Below, piece by piece: positions 40,683-51,780 of a stretch of 64,000 nt of DNA. The notes below the pieces were generated by a model that saw only the letters and a program-made list of their open reading frames with translations, did no database searches and was not told where the DNA came from. The stretch's first letter is position 1. Every line of letters starts with the position of its first letter. Source of the DNA: Acidobacteriota bacterium (GTDB taxonomy: Bacteria > Acidobacteriota > UBA890 > WLXD01); NCBI GenBank assembly GCA_965205505.1, contig CBDBHB010000009.1:2368001-2432000 (forward strand). Reading direction: 5' to 3'. A program made the position numbers and the translations under genes.

Positions 40683-41744
40683 ATGGTGATCCTGGGCATC
40701 GAAACGTCGTGCGACGACACCGGTGTGGCGATCGTCGAGGACGGGCACAGGGTGCTCGCAAACCGCGTATCGTCGCAGCCGGAGCACCAACCTTTCGGAG
40801 GGGTGGTACCCGAGATCGCCGCGCGCAAGCACGTCGAGGCGCTTCCGGGCATGCTCGAGGCGGTGCTAGGGTCCGCCGATCTGGAACTTGACGGTATCGA
40901 TGCCATTGCGGTGACGCGCGGGCCGGGTTTGATCGGCGCGTTGCTGGCCGGCTGGTGCTTCGGGCGGGGGTTGGCGCGAGCTTGTCGATTGCCCTACGTC
41001 GGTATTCATCACCTCGCGGCGCACGTACACGGCGCGCTGATGCCGGCACTGACGGCCGGCAACGATATTCGGTATCCGCTCCTGGCGCTGATTGTCTCGG
41101 GCGGGCACACGGCCCTCTACCGAGTAGAGAGAGGGCCGCTATACGAACGGCTGGGCACCACTCGCGATGATGCCGCTGGCGAAGCCTTCGACAAGCTTGC
41201 CAAGCTCCTCGAACTGGGTTTTCCTGGCGGGCCGATCATAGATCGGCTCGCCGCCAGCGGTGATCCGCTACGATTCGCATTGCCGCGTGCCGACCTGGGC
41301 CTGGAGTTTTCTTTCTCGGGGGTGAAGGCAGCGGCGCGCCGCCTGGCACTGGCGGATGCCTTGCCGCCAGCCTCTCCCGCGGATCAGCGAGTACGCGACC
41401 TCGCCGCGAGCTTCCAGTGCGCAGTTGTCGACATGCTCGTCGACACCACGAGCCGTGCGGCGTGGCTCCACCCGGCACGCGGACTCGTCCTTACGGGCGG
41501 CGTGGCGGCGAACCGCGATCTTCGAAGGAGATTCGCCGCGCTCGCTGACGACCTAGACCTGCCGCTCTACGTATCTCCGCGCGAGCTTTCGACCGACAAC
41601 GCAGCGATGGTGGCCGGTGCCGGCTACAGTCGGCTCAGGCGCGGCGACAGCGACGTGCTCAACCTTCCGGCGCACGCCAGTTGGCCGTTGGGCGACCCGA
41701 CCCCTGACCCTGGTACAATTCGAAATAATCACGTTGCCCCGTAG
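40683..41744 (+). CDS. tsaD: tRNA threonylcarbamoyltransferase TsaD
   Basis: LGIETSCDDT, GGVVPE.A.R.H, GPGL, SGGHT, DDAAGEAFDK, TDNAAM. Confidence 0.96.
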   Translation: MVILGIETSCDDTGVAIVEDGHRVLANRVSSQPEHQPFGGVVPEIAARKHVEALPGMLEAVLGSADLELDGIDAIAVTRGPGLIGALLAGWCFGRGLARACRLPYVGIHHLAAHVHGALMPALTAGNDIRYPLLALIVSGGHTALYRVERGPLYERLGTTRDDAAGEAFDKLAKLLELGFPGGPIIDRLAASGDPLRFALPRADLGLEFSFSGVKAAARRLALADALPPASPADQRVRDLAASFQCAVVDMLVDTTSRAAWLHPARGLVLTGGVAANRDLRRRFAALADDLDLPLYVSPRELSTDNAAMVAGAGYSRLRRGDSDVLNLPAHASWPLGDPTPDPGTIRNNHVAP

Positions 41745-41792
41745 CGGCGGGTCAAACGACCTGTGCCGTGAACCGGCCACCGCGAGCCGCCG

Positions 41793-42443
41793 ATGCAGAA
41801 ATCGACCTTGCGCGAGTATTTAGAATCGATCCTGATAGCTGCCATCCTGGCGCTTTTCATCCGTACGTTCGTATTCCAAGCATTCAAGATCCCGACTGGG
41901 TCGATGGAGCCGAACCTTCTGGTCGGCGACCACATCGTGGTTAACAAATTCGTGTACGGCCCGGGCGGGCGGGGATCCTTCATCCTGCCCATCGCGGAGA
42001 TCAACCGCGGTGATGTCATTGTCTTTCGTGCTCCCCAGGAGCCCGACAAGGACTTCATAAAGCGGGTCGTGGGAATCGGCGGCGACAAGATCGAGATCCA
42101 GGACGGGGTCGTCCGGGTGAACGACGAGATCGTCGACGAGCCGTTCGCGCGTCATACGTCAAGTTTCGGCAGTCATCGCGACTACGGTCCGATCCAGGTT
42201 CCCGATGGCGAGTATTTTTGCATGGGCGACAATCGCGACAATAGCCGCGACTCGCGCTACTGGGGGACCGTTCCTCGCCGATTGGTCAAAGGGCGTGCGG
42301 TGGCGGTGTACTGGTCATTCGATGCGCCGTCGCGAACCTACTTCGCCACCGGCTTTGGCGACCGCCTCGTTCAGCTCGGTAAGTTGTTGCCGAGCTTCTT
42401 TACCCGGACGCGTTGGGAACGGACCTTCCAGATGATCCGTTAG
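41793..42443 (+). CDS. lepB: Signal peptidase I
   Basis: IPTGSM, FIKRVVG, GDNRDNSRDSR. Confidence 0.95.
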   Translation: MQKSTLREYLESILIAAILALFIRTFVFQAFKIPTGSMEPNLLVGDHIVVNKFVYGPGGRGSFILPIAEINRGDVIVFRAPQEPDKDFIKRVVGIGGDKIEIQDGVVRVNDEIVDEPFARHTSSFGSHRDYGPIQVPDGEYFCMGDNRDNSRDSRYWGTVPRRLVKGRAVAVYWSFDAPSRTYFATGFGDRLVQLGKLLPSFFTRTRWERTFQMIR

Positions 42444-42496
42444 CTTTACGGGTGTGAGAGGCCGCTGGTCTGTCACCTCGCGCAACGAAGTGAGGC

Positions 42497-42925
42497 GTGC
42501 ACATGCGATCAGGTCGCGACGAAGGGCGCGGAGCGTCGGCACGCCTTCGTCGCCGCTGGACCGCCGAGGCGGGCCGCGGCGGGCTCGGGGCGTTGCTGGG
42601 CCTCACCGTCGTGGTGGCCACCATCTATGCGGGCATGAAGTTCGTTCCGGTGCGTGCCGCGGGATTCCAGCTTGACGATACAGTGCGCGAACAGGTCGTT
42701 TACGCTGGCGCCCGTCGGCGCCAGCTCGGCGACCAGGAGATCCTGCGGAACATCATGGAGCGCGCCGAAGAGCTCGGGCTTCCTGTCGGCCTCCGCAACA
42801 TCGCCATCACACGACGCCGCGGCTCGGTTCGAATCCGCGTCGTGTACACCGTGTCGATCGAGCTGCTGTTCGACTATACGTACGCGTGGCCGTTCGAGAT
42901 CGACCACGACGGGCCTTCTTTCTAG
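42497..42925 (+). CDS. Small single-TM protein, DUF4845-like
   Basis: Basic N-terminus, hydrophobic segment ending MKFVP, downstream of lepB; start uncertain. Confidence 0.6.
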   Translation: MHMRSGRDEGRGASARLRRRWTAEAGRGGLGALLGLTVVVATIYAGMKFVPVRAAGFQLDDTVREQVVYAGARRRQLGDQEILRNIMERAEELGLPVGLRNIAITRRRGSVRIRVVYTVSIELLFDYTYAWPFEIDHDGPSF

Positions 42926-42965
42926 CGGAGTTTATCAGCACCCTGCCCGTCAGTTCGAACGCCGC

Positions 42966-43259
42966 TCAGATCCGACTTGCGAGATCGAACAGCGAGGTCA
43001 CCAGAAAGCCGCGTAGGAAGACCACCACGAGCAGGAGAATCATCGGCGAAAAATCCACGCCGCCGTAGATTCCTACTCGTCGTCGGATGAGCCGGAGCGG
43101 TGGCTCCGTGGCCTGGTACAGAAACTGCACGATCGGGTTGTAGGGGTCGGCGTTGACCCAAGAAATGATGACGCGGCCAAGGATCAGCAGCATGTAAAAG
43201 CCGAGCACCATGTCGAGGATGGTGGCGGATGCGCTTACCAAATTGCGGATGAGGAACAT
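42966..43259 (-). CDS. yggT: YggT family membrane protein
   Basis: ISWVNADPYNPIV...TEP...DFSP. Confidence 0.9.
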   Translation of the reverse strand: MFLIRNLVSASATILDMVLGFYMLLILGRVIISWVNADPYNPIVQFLYQATEPPLRLIRRRVGIYGGVDFSPMILLLVVVFLRGFLVTSLFDLASRI

Positions 43260-43312
43260 CTCTCTCCCGTTCTGAGTTCAGGACTCTTGGGATTCTCTTC
43301 GATCACGGCCTG

Positions 43313-43996
43313 CTAGATGCGAGGGCCGAAGATAGCGGTGCCGACACGCACAATGGTAGCGCCTTCCTCGATTGCCACTTCGAAGTCGTTCGTCATGCCC
43401 ATGGAGAGCCCCTGCAGTCGCAGCCCGGTTTCAGCAGCGATCTGATCACGAAGGCCGGATAGGCGACGGAAGTACGGGCGTGCAGACTCCGGTGTTGGAC
43501 CGAAGGGCGGAAGGGTCATGAGGCCGGCGAGTTGTAAGCCAGGCGCAGCGTCGACTCGGCGGCACAGCTCGGTCGCATGTGCGTGGATAGCTTGTTCCGG
43601 CTCCTCTGTACGGGCGAATTCGACCTGTACGTAGACGTCGATTCGTCTCCCGAGCTTCGAAGCTGCGGTGTCCAGGCGGTCGACGAGAGCGGCTCGGTCG
43701 ACGGAGTGGACGACATCGAACAGCGCTGCAGCCAATCGCGCTTTGTTGGTTTGCAACTTGCCGATCAAGTGCCAGCGCACGTCATCCTGTACCTGCGGAA
43801 TCTTGTTCTCAGCCTCCTGTACCCGGCTCTCACCGAGGTCGGCGAGGCCCACTTTGACGGCCTCCATAAGCTGTGACACTGGGCGAGTCTTGCTCACCGC
43901 GAGCAAATTGATGCTGGCTGGGTCGCGACCGGCTCGCATCGCCGCGGCGCGGATTCGATCACGCACCGCTTTGACGTTGCGCTCGGTGTCCTGCAT
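43313..43996 (-). CDS. yggS: PLP homeostasis protein YggS
   Basis: AVSK, WHLIG.LQTNK, LSMGMT.DFE.AIEEGAT.VRVGT.IFG; start may be 44014. Confidence 0.95.
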   Translation of the reverse strand: MQDTERNVKAVRDRIRAAAMRAGRDPASINLLAVSKTRPVSQLMEAVKVGLADLGESRVQEAENKIPQVQDDVRWHLIGKLQTNKARLAAALFDVVHSVDRAALVDRLDTAASKLGRRIDVYVQVEFARTEEPEQAIHAHATELCRRVDAAPGLQLAGLMTLPPFGPTPESARPYFRRLSGLRDQIAAETGLRLQGLSMGMTNDFEVAIEEGATIVRVGTAIFGPRI

Positions 43997-44088
43997 GGGG
44001 CCGGATCGTAGCATCGCAACGCCGCCGACGCCGTGTGCGTCTTGGCGTCCAGGGCCGTAGTAGCGGGCGGTTTCCGTATGAGCGAAAG

Positions 44089-44114
44089 CGAAACTTTCCG
44101 CTCGCCTGAGCGTA
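44089..44114 (+). promoter_or_regulatory. SigW-like ECF promoter, probably autoregulatory
   Basis: CGAAAC-16 bp-CGTA, matching the TGAAAC-N16-CGTA pattern, 24 bp before ATG 44138. Confidence 0.6.
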
Positions 44115-44137
44115 GCTTAGGACGAACCCGGAATCGT

Positions 44138-44728
44138 ATGAGCGCAACCGACCAAGAGATAGTCGAGGCGGTTCTGGCGGGCGAGCAACATCGCTTTGCC
44201 GAGCTGGTCGGTCGCTATCAGGGGCCGATCGTGAACTACGTATATCGGATGCTTGGAAACTACGACGACGCCGTCGACCTGTCGCAGGACGTCTTTCTCA
44301 AGTCGTATTCGGCACTCGCGAGCTATCGACCCCAGTATCCGTTCACCGCCTGGCTGTTCCGCATCGCTCGCAATGCTGCCATCGACGAGATTCGTCGCCG
44401 ACGGCTGACGCTGGTGCCGCTCGACGAGCCGGTCGACACGGAAGAAGGCACTCTGGGGCGCCAGGTGGCAGCTGACGAAGCCGGTCCAGAGCAGCTTTTC
44501 ATGGACGACGAGTTCCGCAATCAGTTGGAGGGCGCCATCGCCCAGCTACCTGAGAAGTACCGGGAGCCGCTAGTGTTGCGGCACGCTGCTGAAATGTCTT
44601 ATGACGAGATCGCAGAGGCTCTAGAATTGCCACTGGGAACAGTGAAGACGCGGATCTTCCGCGCCCGTGAGGCGCTGCGTTCCGGTCTCAGCGATCTACT
44701 CGAGCCGTTAGCCTCTGCAGAGGCGTGA
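44138..44728 (+). CDS. ECF sigma factor (SigW/RpoE-like)
   Basis: DLSQDVFLK, WLFRIARN, SYDEIAEAL.LP.GTVKTRIFRAR. Confidence 0.92.
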   Translation: MSATDQEIVEAVLAGEQHRFAELVGRYQGPIVNYVYRMLGNYDDAVDLSQDVFLKSYSALASYRPQYPFTAWLFRIARNAAIDEIRRRRLTLVPLDEPVDTEEGTLGRQVAADEAGPEQLFMDDEFRNQLEGAIAQLPEKYREPLVLRHAAEMSYDEIAEALELPLGTVKTRIFRAREALRSGLSDLLEPLASAEA

Positions 44729-44729
44729 G

Positions 44730-45335
44730 ATGAGTGCACACGAGCCCAACCTGGACATGCTGTCAGCGTACATCGACGGCGTGCTGTCTCCGGACGCACA
44801 TCGGTCGATGGGGCAGCATCTGAAGCGCTGCCAGGTCTGCGCAGATGCGGAACGGCAGGAGCGCGGCTACCTGGTATGCCTCGACCGCCTGTCTGAAGTG
44901 GCGCCGCCGGAGGATTTTGTCAGCGCGGTGATGGGGCGAGTCGCCCAGTATCCCGCTCATCGCCCAGGCTCTGCCATACCGTGGCGCGAGGCGATGCGCT
45001 GGAGCGTGGCGGCCAGTGTGACCCTGCTGGCCCTGTTTGCGGGTGGAGTCGCCTGGTTGATCGGTAGCGGAGCGCTCGATGGCATCCAGACGGGGACCGT
45101 GTTGGCTGCGGGGGTCGGCGGGATCGCCGACGTTGCAACGTCCAGCATCTCCACTGCCCGTGCCGTGGTTGCCCAAGGCCGAGTGTTGCTCGAAGAGGCC
45201 GGGCAGATCATGTGGCGGATCTCGGGCCTGGCGATAAGCAGTGGTTGGCTCGTACAAGCGACGCTGCTGTTGTTGACGGTTTCACTGAACTACGCATTTA
45301 CGCGCCTCGTACTGAATTACCAGCGACGACATTGA
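44730..45335 (+). CDS. Zinc-finger (zf-HC2) membrane anti-sigma factor
   Basis: LSAYIDG, HLKRCQVC (HxxxCxxC), two hydrophobic segments; directly follows the sigma gene. Confidence 0.85.
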   Translation: MSAHEPNLDMLSAYIDGVLSPDAHRSMGQHLKRCQVCADAERQERGYLVCLDRLSEVAPPEDFVSAVMGRVAQYPAHRPGSAIPWREAMRWSVAASVTLLALFAGGVAWLIGSGALDGIQTGTVLAAGVGGIADVATSSISTARAVVAQGRVLLEEAGQIMWRISGLAISSGWLVQATLLLLTVSLNYAFTRLVLNYQRRH

Positions 45336-45354
45336 AACGAGATAGGGGGACGAT

Positions 45355-46362
45355 ATGAAGCCCACCGCGAACGGCCGCAATGAGAGTTGCGTGCGCCGAT
45401 GGTCGGCGCTCGGGGCAGCGCTGATCCTCGGAGGCGTCTTGGCCGGATGCGTCACCATCCACTCCGGTGACGGCGGGTTTCTCGTCGGTGGGCGTGTCGA
45501 CATCGCGGAAGGTGAAGTGGCCCGCGACGAGATCGTCATGATGGGCGGCGCGGTGACGATCGACGGCGAAGCCCGTCGTGACGTGGTTGTTCTGGGCGGG
45601 CAGCTGACGGTCAATGGCACGGCCCGCGATGTGGTGAACATCGCCGGCTCCATGAGGCTCGGACCCGACGCCCATATCCGCGGCGACGTGGTGAGCGTAG
45701 GTGGCTCGCTGAGCCGGTCTCCGGGGGCTGAAGTAGACGGCGAAGTGGTGAACGTGGGCATCAGCGGATTCGACGCGGCTCCCTGGCTCTCTGATTGGGG
45801 CGGATGGTCGATGGGCCGGTGGTGGGGGCTGACCCCGTTCCGCGTCGCGGCACGAACCACGCAGTTCATCTACTGGATACTGCTGGCTGTGCTAACCGTC
45901 GCGTTGGTAGGCGATCGTGTCTCGTCGGCATCGCGCTCGATCGAGCACGAGCCGATCCGCCTCGCTGCGATCGGTCTCGTCGGGTTCTTCGCGCTGACGT
46001 TGTTGACGTGCTTGTTCTTCGTATTGTCGTTTTTGCTCATCGGCATCCCGTTCTTGATTGCCGCGCTACTTGGTTGGTGGCTCGCCTATATCTTCGGCAT
46101 GGTGGCCGTGTTCCAGCTGCTCGGACAGAAGCTGCTGGTGGTGTTGGGCAAGACCGATGCGGCCCAGCTGGGCCTGGTGCTGGCGGGAGGAGCCACCTTG
46201 GGGGTCCTCCACTATTTCCCCTTCGTCGGCTCGCTGATCTGGGCGGTGGCTGCGTTCCTGGGCCTCGGGGCAGTGTTTGCCACCCGCTTCGGCACGAACC
46301 GACCCTGGATGTCGAGCTCGGAGCCGGCGGTCGCGGTGCCGGAGTCCGAGCCGGGAGATTAG
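45355..46362 (+). CDS. Membrane protein with bactofilin-like beta-solenoid repeats
   Basis: LAGC lipobox-like motif, repeated V..GG...I.G units, then several TM helices. Confidence 0.7.
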   Translation: MKPTANGRNESCVRRWSALGAALILGGVLAGCVTIHSGDGGFLVGGRVDIAEGEVARDEIVMMGGAVTIDGEARRDVVVLGGQLTVNGTARDVVNIAGSMRLGPDAHIRGDVVSVGGSLSRSPGAEVDGEVVNVGISGFDAAPWLSDWGGWSMGRWWGLTPFRVAARTTQFIYWILLAVLTVALVGDRVSSASRSIEHEPIRLAAIGLVGFFALTLLTCLFFVLSFLLIGIPFLIAALLGWWLAYIFGMVAVFQLLGQKLLVVLGKTDAAQLGLVLAGGATLGVLHYFPFVGSLIWAVAAFLGLGAVFATRFGTNRPWMSSSEPAVAVPESEPGD

Positions 46363-46457
46363 CCGGCTGAGGTGGAAGTGTAGCGGGTCTGACGACACGG
46401 TCTGCTACACGTCGTCCGGTGGTCTGAATGCCCGCACGGGAACCTGGCATCGAAGGC

Positions 46458-48209
46458 TCAATCCCGGTGCGCACCGCCTGTCGACCTCGGGCGTCGCGGT
46501 TGCACTCGAATACTCTGGTGTCCATCGAGGAGAGCCTGTCCGGGAGCGCCGCCCTTGGGCCGCCGGACACTGCGGGCGCGCGTCCAGTGGACCTCTACGG
46601 ATGCGGCGGAGCGCGCTTTGCTGAACCATGCAGCGACGCTCGCGGCGCGCTCGAGGGCCTTCGCCGGGGGCTTTCGCAGTCGCTGGGGATTGCGCAGCAA
46701 CACGTGTGAGCCGGGTCCCTCGGCGTGCAACCACCAGTCATCGCGGGCGGCAACCTGGTGCGTGAGCCGGTCGTTGGCGCTGGCGTTTCGCCCTACCAGG
46801 ATTACGTCGCCTTCCGGTGTCGTTAGCTTGAGAATGCCGCGGCCGACGCTCGCTCGGGCCGCATGCCTGCCGATCTCCGATGTAGCGCTCGGTGATGCAA
46901 GGGTACCCGCCTCGGGCTCCATCGGGCGGTCGATCCGGGCGCGCGGAACCAGGCGGCATAGGCGATCGATGGCCTTGTCGCACGCGCCTGGCTCGCGCAT
47001 CGCCCGCACGAGCTTGGCGAGCTCGGCGAGGGCCACCAGCTGCCGGCGCAACTGTGCCAAACGCCTGGCGTCGTACTCGCGCTTGCGATCGATTCGCTTG
47101 GCGCGTTGATAGCGTCGCTGGGCGTTGGCAATCAGGTCGAGCTCCGGGTCTACCCGAATGGTGATCAGACTGCCGTCCGCGTAGTCGTCGGGCACACGCA
47201 CGATTCCTCCGGCTACCTCTGCCTCGGGGTGGGCGAGGAGCAAGGCACCCTCGCGACGCAAGGTTGTGGAGGCTTCTTCGTTCGGTAGCTCGGCCTCGAG
47301 CCTGCCCATAGCGCGCTCCAGGCGCCGAGACTGTGCCCGGAGCGGTTGGTCAACTGCACGGCGAGCCCTGTCGAGCAGCCGCAAACGAGCGCGCAGCGTG
47401 TAGTACTCGGCGGCGGCGTCGCCGAGCGTCGGAAAGCGCTTTACGCACGTCTTCTGGCCCACCGAGACGAGCTCGTAGGGGGCGAGCACTAGCGCGTCGG
47501 GCGGCGGCAACGAACGAAGCTGCTCGAGCGGGATGGCGCTGTAGAGATAGCCGGCCGGCGGTTCTATGCCAGATCGTCCGAATTCCAGGCGCGTTGCCTC
47601 GATCAGTTTCTGGCCGGCGGCCCGGCGCGCGCTGATCTCTCGGGCGAGCAGCGGTGTCATGCCTTCGGCCTCGCGCAACAGCGCGCGTCGGAGCTCAGGC
47701 TCCGACAGCTCCTCGAACTGCCGGCAGTCGAGATCGGCGAGCCGGGTGCGCTGTGGCCGCGGTGTCGGCGGTCGGTAGGGTTCGCCCGGATCGGGTCTGC
47801 CGCGGCGCGGGCTCCATACGGCGACGATGCGATCGTCAGGGTCGATGACGAACGCTGAGGCTCGTCGCCCCACGAGCTCCATGACCAGGCGAGAACCGTC
47901 CCCCCGCCAGGACAGCTCGACTACGCGGTCATCGTTGATCAAGCGTAGGTCGCTGATACAGCGACCGCGCGCCCTCTTCCGTAGTGCCATGGCGAACCCC
48001 GGCGGCCGTTGCGGCGCCGGCTGCCCGCCGGGACGTAGATAGAGGTGGGGCTCGTCGGGCTCGGACGAGAACCACAACCTGGGTGAGCCGGGCAGGCTCA
48101 AGACAAGCGCCAGGTCTTGTCGCGGCAGGGCGTAAACCTGATCTATCCGCGCTCCGCGGAGGGTGGGGGCGAGCTCCGCCACCAGATGGCGAAGGACGAC
48201 GAGATCCAC
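46458..48209 (-). CDS. rqcH: NFACT family (RqcH/FbpA-like) ribosome quality-control protein
   Basis: DRVVEL, MELVGR, NAQ..Y..AK, VGRNA.ANDRLT, WLHA..PGSHV. Confidence 0.8.
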   Translation of the reverse strand: MDLVVLRHLVAELAPTLRGARIDQVYALPRQDLALVLSLPGSPRLWFSSEPDEPHLYLRPGGQPAPQRPPGFAMALRKRARGRCISDLRLINDDRVVELSWRGDGSRLVMELVGRRASAFVIDPDDRIVAVWSPRRGRPDPGEPYRPPTPRPQRTRLADLDCRQFEELSEPELRRALLREAEGMTPLLAREISARRAAGQKLIEATRLEFGRSGIEPPAGYLYSAIPLEQLRSLPPPDALVLAPYELVSVGQKTCVKRFPTLGDAAAEYYTLRARLRLLDRARRAVDQPLRAQSRRLERAMGRLEAELPNEEASTTLRREGALLLAHPEAEVAGGIVRVPDDYADGSLITIRVDPELDLIANAQRRYQRAKRIDRKREYDARRLAQLRRQLVALAELAKLVRAMREPGACDKAIDRLCRLVPRARIDRPMEPEAGTLASPSATSEIGRHAARASVGRGILKLTTPEGDVILVGRNASANDRLTHQVAARDDWWLHAEGPGSHVLLRNPQRLRKPPAKALERAASVAAWFSKARSAASVEVHWTRARSVRRPKGGAPGQALLDGHQSIRVQPRRPRSTGGAHRD

Positions 48210-48215
48210 GGCCAG

Positions 48216-48330
48216 CTAGTGTCCAGTAACAGAGGTTCGTTGCATGCTGTGGCGCGCGCGACCGAGTCGGATCCAAGGAGGCCCGACGACGGGGTTGCTG
48301 TATGCATCGCAGAGGAGGGCCGACGTCCCG
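48216..48330. repeat. Degenerate left-half copy of the CTAG-bounded element
   Basis: CTAGTGTCC start; TGTGGCGCGCGCGACCG identical to 40436-40452 at the same 32-bp offset from CTAG. Confidence 0.75.
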
Positions 48331-48333
48331 GGC

Positions 48334-48975
48334 TCAGAAAAACTCCGCGCGAAGCTCGGCGGTGACCCGTTGCACCTTGCGAGCGTACGTGCGAGGAACG
48401 TGACCCTGCTCGGTCATCAGATAATGCAGTCGGTTGGGTCCAACATTGTAAGCGGCCAAGGCCGCGTTCAGATCGTCGAATCGGTGGATGAGCTTCTTCA
48501 GGTAGAAGCTGCCGAGCAGGATGTTCAGCTGCGGGTCGGTTAGCAGGCGCCGGCCCTTCCATTCGAGCTCTAGCTCCAAAGCCAGCTGCATCGCCGTGGC
48601 TGGCATCAACTGCATCAGCCCGACGGCGCCTACCTGTGACTCGGCATTCGGGTCGAAGCTGCTCTCGGTGAAGATCACCGCCAGAATCAGCTCAGGAGTC
48701 AGCTTGTATCGCTGAGCGACCTCGATGATCGTGCTGGCCACGTCGTGCCGCTTCGCGGGGGACACCCGCAGACGGTGGCGCTCGAGGACCTTTAATACCG
48801 CCAACTCTACGGATGCCGCCTCGTTCTCTGCCTCGAGGTGAGCGATCGTTTCGCCATAGCTTGCCGATTCATCGCGCAGATCCGTGAGCTCGCCGCTCTG
48901 CTGGCTGAAGGCTTGCAGCAGCAGCAGGTTCACCGCCAAGGAAGCGATTGCGACCCACCGTACTTTGCTCGACAT
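48334..48975 (-). CDS. Lytic transglycosylase (SLT domain) with N-terminal TM and coiled coil
   Basis: ESSF, GAVGLMQLMP.TA, AAYNVG. Confidence 0.9.
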   Translation of the reverse strand: MSSKVRWVAIASLAVNLLLLQAFSQQSGELTDLRDESASYGETIAHLEAENEAASVELAVLKVLERHRLRVSPAKRHDVASTIIEVAQRYKLTPELILAVIFTESSFDPNAESQVGAVGLMQLMPATAMQLALELELEWKGRRLLTDPQLNILLGSFYLKKLIHRFDDLNAALAAYNVGPNRLHYLMTEQGHVPRTYARKVQRVTAELRAEFF

Positions 48976-49189
48976 CGTCACTAACTCCGTTTTTCGCGCG
49001 CAGCGCCGGTGCAGGAAGTCGCACACACTTTCCACCGGGGTTTGTGGGCGGTGGGCCTACGTTGCGAAAGATCCCCCAAATTCCTCCGATGTGTTTCCGA
49101 CCCGCGATGGGGGACCAGTAGAACTTTGGGGGGTCGGAAGGAGTCCCGGTGTCAGCCCCCTGAACCGGGAATCAGTTTCATCCCGTGCG

Positions 49190-49217
49190 AGTCTAGAGGA
49201 CGGCAGAGACCAGTCAA
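49190..49217 (-). promoter_or_regulatory. Putative sigma70 promoter for the transglycosylase
   Basis: TTGACT-16 bp-TAGACT on the minus strand. Confidence 0.5.
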
Positions 49218-49284
49218 GGCGAAAAACACACTCGAGCGATTATGGTCTGTCTTTTACTGTCTCTTACAGACTAATAGAGTTTAA

Positions 49285-50478
<1,194 letters not shown>

Positions 50479-50484
50479 CAGGCC

Positions 50485-51780
50485 GTGGTGTCGGCGGGCG
50501 ATGGTGCAAGAGAGCGTCGGCGTGTAGGGACCGCCGCCGAGGGTCGTGCGGCGCCGAGCGCGGCGGTGCTGCGCACCAAGCTACGGCTCCAGGACCTGGA
50601 TCACGGTGGTCGCACGGTGTTGGTGCGCGCCGATTTCAACGTGCCGGTGGAGGGCGGGATCGTCACCGACGACACCCGCATCATGGGAACCCTGCCGACG
50701 CTGCGCTATCTACAACGGGCGGGGGCGCGCGTCGTCGTCATGTCGCACCGCGGTCGCCCGAAAGGACAGCGGATCGCTGAGCTGTCGTTGCATCCAATTG
50801 CCGGCGTGCTGGCCGAGCGGCTTGATACGCACGTCGAGTTCGTCTCCGATTGTGTTGGCCCCTCGGTGCAGGCGGCGGTCGACGACCTGGAGCCGGGCGG
50901 AATTCTGTTGCTGGAAAATCTCCGCTTCCACGCCGGCGAGACGACGAACGACGCGACCTTCGCAGCTGCCCTGGCCAAACTCGCCGACGCCTATGTCAAC
51001 GATGCCTTCGGCGCCTCGCATCGCGAGCACGCCTCCATCGCGGGCGTCCCGTCGGCGGCGCCCAGGGCGGCGGCGGGGGACCTGCTGCACCGTGAGGTGA
51101 ACATGCTGAGCCGAGTGCTGGTGCAGCCGGAGGCCCCGTTCGCCTTGATCCTCGGGGGTGCGAAGGTAAGCGACAAGGTAGCGGTCATTGGCAACCTGCT
51201 GCCGCTCATAGATCGCTTGTTGATCGGTGGTGCCATGGCCAACGCGTTTCTGGCTGCGCAGGGCAGGGAGATCGGCGGGTCGTTGGCCCCACGGGAGGCG
51301 ATCTCGCAGGCCGCCGAGCTACTTACAGCGGCCGCGACCGCCGACGTAGAGGTGGTGCTGCCGGTCGATCTGGTGGCGGCTCCGGCAATCGACCGGCCCG
51401 ATCGAGCGCACGTGGTGATCGAGGTCCCGGCCGATGAGATGGCGCTCGACCTCGGGCCCGAGACCCGGGGGCGGTTTGCCGCCGCGCTGGCTGGCGCGCG
51501 CACGGTAGTCTGGAATGGCCCCATGGGAGTATTCGAGACGCCGGAGTTCGCCCAAGGGACGCGCTCGATGGCCGAGAGCATCGCCGCGCTGTGCCCGCCT
51601 GCCTTCATCGTGATCGGCGGCGGTGATACCGCTGCGGCGGCGGCAAAATTCTCCATCTCGAGCCGAGTCTCGCACGTGTCGACCGGTGGTGGTGCCTCGT
51701 TGGATCTTCTTGCGGGGCGCATTCTTCCGGGTGTCTCGGCCCTGACGGACCGTGAATTGTACGGAGGCGATGTCGGATGA
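50485..51780 (+). CDS. pgk: Phosphoglycerate kinase
   Basis: RADFNVP, LENLRF, NDAFG, GGAKVSDK, WNGPMG, STGGGASL; start uncertain. Confidence 0.96.
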   Translation: MVSAGDGARERRRVGTAAEGRAAPSAAVLRTKLRLQDLDHGGRTVLVRADFNVPVEGGIVTDDTRIMGTLPTLRYLQRAGARVVVMSHRGRPKGQRIAELSLHPIAGVLAERLDTHVEFVSDCVGPSVQAAVDDLEPGGILLLENLRFHAGETTNDATFAAALAKLADAYVNDAFGASHREHASIAGVPSAAPRAAAGDLLHREVNMLSRVLVQPEAPFALILGGAKVSDKVAVIGNLLPLIDRLLIGGAMANAFLAAQGREIGGSLAPREAISQAAELLTAAATADVEVVLPVDLVAAPAIDRPDRAHVVIEVPADEMALDLGPETRGRFAAALAGARTVVWNGPMGVFETPEFAQGTRSMAESIAALCPPAFIVIGGGDTAAAAAKFSISSRVSHVSTGGGASLDLLAGRILPGVSALTDRELYGGDVG

